Below the pieces are notes generated by a model. It had not been told where the DNA came from and searched no databases. It was given only the letters and a program-made list of their open reading frames with translations. The translations under genes were made by a program, and so were the position numbers. From Eledone cirrhosa (lineage: Eukaryota), in the NCBI GenBank assembly GCA_964016885.1, contig OZ024742.1:123876001-123940000 (forward strand): a DNA stretch of 64,000 nt, read 5' to 3'. Positions 57,422 to 64,000 of this stretch are shown here, one piece after another; positions within the stretch are counted from its first letter, which is position 1; every line of letters starts with the position of its first letter.

Positions 57422-58507
57422 AATAATTATTATTATTTTCTTGGAGTCCCAATCATTGCTGTTATTTAACTGGAAAATCTGTTCAAATGAACATCAAGCC
57501 ATTACCGACAGCTTCATATATTCAGCACGTATTGGAGTGTTCCTGCTGTTCCAAGGAAGCATGCTTTTTTAAGTGTTCCTATAAAAAGGGGCTGAACTAA
57601 TGTTTTTTAACCATCCTTGAAAATTCTTCAAGATAAAACCTAATGTACCTATGACAATCGGGACGACCTTGATCTAATGAAAGTGACAAATGATTTTTAA
57701 ATCAAATTTTAAATCCTGGTATCGGCTAAATATTTCCTCCTTTGCTTGCACTCTTATGTCAGATAGTCAGGCTTCATCTACAAGCAGGCACGAACCTTTT
57801 TCCTTGTGAAAAACCATCAGGTCAGGCCTATTGTGTTCTAATTTCTTGTCTGTATCCTGCAATCCCATAGCACCTTCACTCGATCGTTTTATATCACCGA
57901 CTCTATCTTATGCTCATACCACTTCTCATAATGTGGTAAATTATTTAGTTTGGATCACATTTCCTATTATATTGTTCCTCCACTCTTTATAGTGAATCTG
58001 GGCTAGGTGTTTACACTCGGATACGATGTGAGCCACAGTCTCCTCTCTCTCTCCACAGATCCTACAGAGTGGGCTAGCTTCCTCCTTGTCATTATGGTGT
58101 TTCACCCACTTCGTGCTAAGGGCTTGCTCGTGTGCAGCCATTAGCATTCCTTCTGTAGCATTTATAAGGTCTCCTCTTTTTAACCAAGTCCATGTCTGTG
58201 GATATCTAAATACCGTTTTGTTACAGAAGGTGATATTAAGGGATTTTTCATGAAGGTAGTTCTTCCTCTTTATTGTTGTTTCTTCCTTGGACATCCCCTG
58301 TTGTAGTGTCTTCTCATTCAGTAAAACTATCAGCATTGGCTCCCTACTGTCAGACACATATTTGTGCAGACTGCTTTTCTTCATCTGAACACAGTCCTCT
58401 ATGCTGATTAGACCTCTTCCACCTTCAGATCTCTTTAATTAGAGTCTATCAACATCATTCCTCTTGTGGAACATGTTATAGGCAGTCATTAGCTTCCTAG
58501 TCTTTAC
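57422..58507 (-). mobile_element. R4/Dong-like non-LTR retrotransposon 3' fragment (restriction-like endonuclease)
   Basis: DVDRL..R.EGGRGL, TEG.LMAAHEQAL.T, CRICGEREETVAHIVSEC (CCHC), HNRPDL..D, VVPIVIGTLG. (ATT)n at both ends. Confidence 0.88.
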
Positions 58508-58551
58508 ATTATTATTATTATTATTATTATTTTATTATTATTATTATTATT

Positions 58552-58614
<63 letters not shown>

Positions 58615-58903
58615 ATCATCATCATCCTCATCATAATCACCATGATAGTAACGTTGATGTAAATGAGTATGAGAATGTTATTGTTTTGTTGTTATTTCTA
58701 ATCGATGGTGCTCCGTTTCGTTTTTCATTAAACATTTATCAAGTGGAGTATGAATGTCAGTGTCCTTAATTTCTTTAATGAATCAAAGTGTAGATTGACC
58801 TCTTTGAACTACGCTGTCAATCAGATGTGTAAACCTGGTAAAACAAAACTATTCCTATGATATGGCAGTTAGAATAAATCAATGTTGTTTTCTATGTTTC
58901 CAG

Positions 58904-58973
58904 TTGTCTGATCAAAGAAATAAAGCTCTGACGCCTATCGTAGAAAATATGAAATATGTACATGAGCATAGAG
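58904..58973 (+). CDS. Third visible exon of the CARP (CA10-like) gene
   Basis: Acceptor tttccag and donor gtaagt. 70 nt, phase 0-1. LSDQRNKALTPIVENMKYVHEHR(G) fits the alpha-CA segment following the previous exon (CA10 VSDSSNPFL...I..I.YK). Confidence 0.8.
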
Positions 58974-60118
58974 GTAAGTAGATGACTATGTATATATTTT
59001 TATTATTGAATTTTGCAACTGAATAAAGTGGTTACAGAAAGAATATTTACTAAAAACATGCATTTTGGAAAACATTCATAAAAACATCAAAAACAACTGT
59101 TTATCATATAACGAAATATTGCGCAATAAACACGCATGCAGAATTTCAAATTAGATCGGAATAAAAAATGTTGTTTAGTATACAATGACGTCATAGTTGG
59201 ATTGTGAGATATAGATAAATAAATATTATTAGAGTAAATAAAGTTTTAAAAATCAATACTTCTACACACGATGATTTAAAATAGCATAGGTCAGTTAAGT
59301 ATTATTAAGAATATCGACCTCATTAGGAGTCGTGTTCTTATCACGAATAATACAAATAAATAATCTGCTGGAAACATTGTGTCTATAAGATTTAATATAT
59401 GTTGTGTACAAATAGAGATACAACACATTTACGCAATAAAATATATGAGCGTGATATTAGACATATCCATTACGTCATACAATTATATGCAAATGGCCAA
59501 CGCATGCCAGTGGGCTGGCAGGAGACCTCTGTTACAAATTTACTTATAACATATATAATTATTTATACAAATCTCAGCAAAGTTAATTATCATGAATACT
59601 TGAATTGGAGTCTTAACGTTGTGGTGCTATAATGTGGGGAAATAAACAACTACATATTTGGAAATATGTAGTCAGAAGCGCTGGCCTATAATGTTACAGA
59701 GTAGTAGTGAGGGGGCAGAAAGTAGAAACGAAAGGAAAATGAAAAAATATATATCTATGGAACAATTAATATTAAATGTATCTCACTCTATACCCCTCTC
59801 GCATTTTTCCCTCTATCTTCGTATATTCATTTCTGACATACACATATATATATATATGCGACCAGTGTTTTGAAAAAACAACACCAAATTCCAGAACTGA
59901 GCATATAGAAAATGGAAATAACAGGAGTCAGCTCTATTCCATCGTTATATTTTTACCGTGTTTTATTCTGTTCAAATGTTAGTTGACTAATGAGGTCATA
60001 GCAATCACCGAAAAATATATAACAGCAAATATGTATAAACGAAGTTTAATTTTAACCTGTTGACGTACACGCTGGCCAACTACCCCATCGACAACACATC
60101 CTATGCCACCAGGCTTAC

Positions 60119-60397
60119 GTCGTATACATATTAGAGTGCGACAAATGCAGCAATTTCTACATAGGTAGCACCACCAGACCACTTCACATTAGAATTAAAG
60201 AACACCTCAATACTAATGCTTCCTCATTTAAGAAACACCTAGTGAAATGCAAAAACACCGACAAAAACATAATAGTTAGGATACAAGCTAAGGAAAGAAA
60301 CCTCGGCAATCTTAGAATTAAAGAAGCTCTAATTATAGACAAAACGCAACCAGCAATCAATAACAGACTAAAACTGAACACCCAATTTTTAACATGA
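60119..60397 (+). mobile_element. PLE GIY-YIG endonuclease fragment (not in the ORF track)
   Basis: VVYILECDKCSNFYIGSTTRPLHIRIKEH..FKKHLVKC..LRIKEALII....PAINNR..*, open to the TGA at 60395-60397. Confidence 0.88.
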
Positions 60398-61180
60398 TAG
60401 AGCTCCTAGCCCCACACTTACACCACCACGTATCCTCTCTCACACACACATACACGCACGCGCACGCACACACGCACGCTTATGCCTTCACTTATTCTCT
60501 CACACTTAGACATACATGTCCAAACGCTTTTAAAGGGAGACAACCCTTTATCCACCTAAACTTCACTCTTCGACATTAGAAATAAAATGGAATGTCTATA
60601 CTATTTCCTGTCAGCATGACTTGGCAAGCTAATTAGAACACTGCATTAACCTCTTTACTTCTCTCGGAGGAAGAGATATTATCTCGAAACAGATAAATTT
60701 AAGGTAACAGACTAATTGTCAGCGATATCTTATGCATTTGTATTTATATTCTATATCCATTCCTACATTTTTCTGGCCTCTAACTCAAACGTTTATACCT
60801 CACTACGCAATGCTTCAAATAAACAACAATTGCCTTCCTTATATATATATATATATATATATAAATATATATGATATTATATTATATTACATTTTGAGTC
60901 CGATTGTTCTTAATACCAAAATGAAATTTTTATGTAAGATTTGTTAGCAGTAAGCGATGCTTATAGCGGAAATGCAGAACTTACAACTAAGAATATCAAC
61001 AAATCTTTTCCCTGTTAATTCTCTGTCTGACGAAGTACGAAGCCAGATACGTAATGCAAACTTAAGAATCTGTTATACTGTAGTCATAGGGTGTAGGCTG
61101 TTACGTAATTGTGCAGAAACATGGTTAGGATAGGACACAATACATTCTTCTTCTGTCTACTACAAGCCGCCTAGTTTCTG

Positions 61181-61966
<786 letters not shown>

Positions 61967-62021
61967 TAAAATAACAGAATACAGTTTAAGCAATTATTAT
62001 TATTATTATAATATATATATA

Positions 62022-62188
62022 TAGGAAAAGAGTCAGGACTCCGATGGCTGAGCAGTTCAGACCTAGCTGTCGAAACGGCCGGGGCTTACCCGTCAGGGTC
62101 CTGACTCTTTTTCTATTACCCATTCTTCTACCCATTATCGAGTACTTTGATGCATTATGGTCCACCTGGTTACTTACCACACTTCCTT

Positions 62189-62192
<4 letters not shown>
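62022..62192. repeat. Fold-back with 3' half hammerhead (family of 18695-18885)
   Basis: ctgtcgaaacggc..ccgtcagggtcctgactc..gcattatggtccacctggtt.cttaccaca is the inverse of 18695-18815. Confidence 0.75.
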
Positions 62193-62268
<76 letters not shown>

Positions 62269-63574
62269 CTTATGTTGGGCTATTTACCAATAAGTAGAAT
62301 CGGTGTTTCGGATGGGTAAATGTTCACGCAACAAATTATTTAAAGCACTCAACGTTACGCAAATAATCCATCGTAGATGTGGTGTCCAGTGGTTGGTGCA
62401 GAAAATGCGTAAAGTATTCATTAAAACAACAGAAGGCCGGACTGGAAAATTTACTATAGAAATTTAATTCTGCGAAAGCATTCCACATATTTCAATAGCC
62501 CAGTTCTATCATCCGATTGTGATGCAAGTCAAGGCAATTTCATCCAGTGTTATTTGCAGAAATATGAAACAGAATTACGTTGAGCCCAAATATCGAATGT
62601 AAGTTAGGACAAAGAGAAAACATAGGTGATAAAATATAGAAAATTTTATTCGGGGACAGGCTGCAAACATGGTATTATATCAATAGCAGGTGGTTCCCGT
62701 TTGATATTTGATGACATCTTGTTTGCTAGTAGCTATGGTGTAGGAAGTAGGGATTAGGAAGTGGCGACGGAGATATATCCGTCTTAGAGAATGCCATTCA
62801 TTAAATATACCCGAGGCTACACTGTCACAGAGATCAAAAGGTACTAATCTGTCTACCTTTATTGTATTTAAAGAGGAACAGAGCTACGTAAAATTTAGAA
62901 ATAGAAACAATCATAATAATATTGCCTAGACAATTATATGGGTTTTAAATAGATGTAACATGGCACAAACAATTATAAATGTTGTAAGGTGGCATGGATA
63001 CTTAAAATTATAAGATTAAGGAATTTTCAAAAATAATAAAGTTTAATAGAACTTACAAACATACTGTGCTAAATTTATGTTAAATAAAGAGAATTATTTT
63101 TTTCTTCTTTTACTTGAAATCGCTAGGATTGACAAAAGTACATTATTGGAAGAATGTATGGTTGAAATTATTTCTGAAGTTCAAGTTAAATTTAAACTAA
63201 ACTAAGTTAAATTAAAACCAAAGCTCTTATTGAATCTGTGGTTCACTGAATATTACACAATATTATATTATATCATATATGGAAAGTACTATGCGGTGTA
63301 GTACGATAAAATATATAAAATCAAATGCCATGGACAGATAGAGAAAAGTAAGGAAAGTATAATAACATGCTAAATATATAGAGGAGAAAAATATATGAAA
63401 TATAAAATACGTTATAAAAATAAAATAAAAATAAAAATATTTTAAAGTAGAAATGTGAAATATAATCTCCTAACCAGACATTTAGAGATTCATTTGATGA
63501 GAGTGTGAGGATCTAGAGATTTATAACTTAGACAACAACAGGTAATTCTTGCGCAACAAACTTATGCGAACTAC

Positions 63575-63945
63575 TGATTAGACTTGTGGCTGGAGTAGAG
63601 CACCAACCAGGTAGAGGGTGACGTGGTGGTGGAACAGCTAAGTGGATATAACAATTAAAGCCAAGAGATAGGAGCATGGAAATATTTCAAAACTGGGGGT
63701 AGTAGAGATCGCTAGCAGGTAGCTAAGAGAGAAGCTAGACGACAGTTATACGCAGTTCTGAGCGAGGTTGAAGAAAAATAGTTTCCTAAAGTCCTGAACA
63801 GTCAGGATCAGAGACGAGAAGTGTCCTGCATTGCAAAGCAGTGTGACAGTATAAATTGTGATGTCGTTGGGGAAAGGTGTGTTAGCAATGACACCGGTGC
63901 ATTTAACACCATTAATGCTCAAAAGAAAGAAATGCTACTATAAGA
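63575..63945 (+). mobile_element. RTE LINE fragment (EN-RT linker), decayed
   Basis: TCGW..RVTWWWN..RAWK..AKREARR..IAKQ..DVVGERCV.ND.G. Confidence 0.72.
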
Positions 63946-64000
63946 GACTGATGGTTGTAGAGAATGAACCAGAGGAAGAGAAACTACCTACAAACAACCC

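Overview
AT-rich animal genomic DNA, probably octopus or another coleoid cephalopod (inferred from the tRNA-derived SINE family and the very high (TA)n/(CA)n load; not proven). The window is mostly intron of a plus-strand carbonic anhydrase-related (CA10/CA11-like, acatalytic) gene. Three exons are visible (26422-26613, 43201-43296, 58904-58973), none of them in the ORF track. The non-exonic sequence holds a decayed Helitron with an intact 3' terminus, RTE, R4/Dong and Tx1 LINE fragments, a mariner fragment, SINEs and many Penelope-like elements (PLEs). The main unannotated signal is about 20 intact or damaged type-I hammerhead ribozyme (HHR) motifs from roughly ten unrelated repeat families. 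They sit in PLE pseudo-LTRs, in non-coding fold-back elements, and in two adjacent non-coding, terminally redundant units of 702 and 482 nt that resemble retrozymes. Intact HHRs are mostly antisense to the host gene, while sense copies are mostly broken. All folds and alignments were done by eye and element boundaries are approximate. Most ORFs in the track (YIYI/VCVC/LSLS) are microsatellite artefacts.
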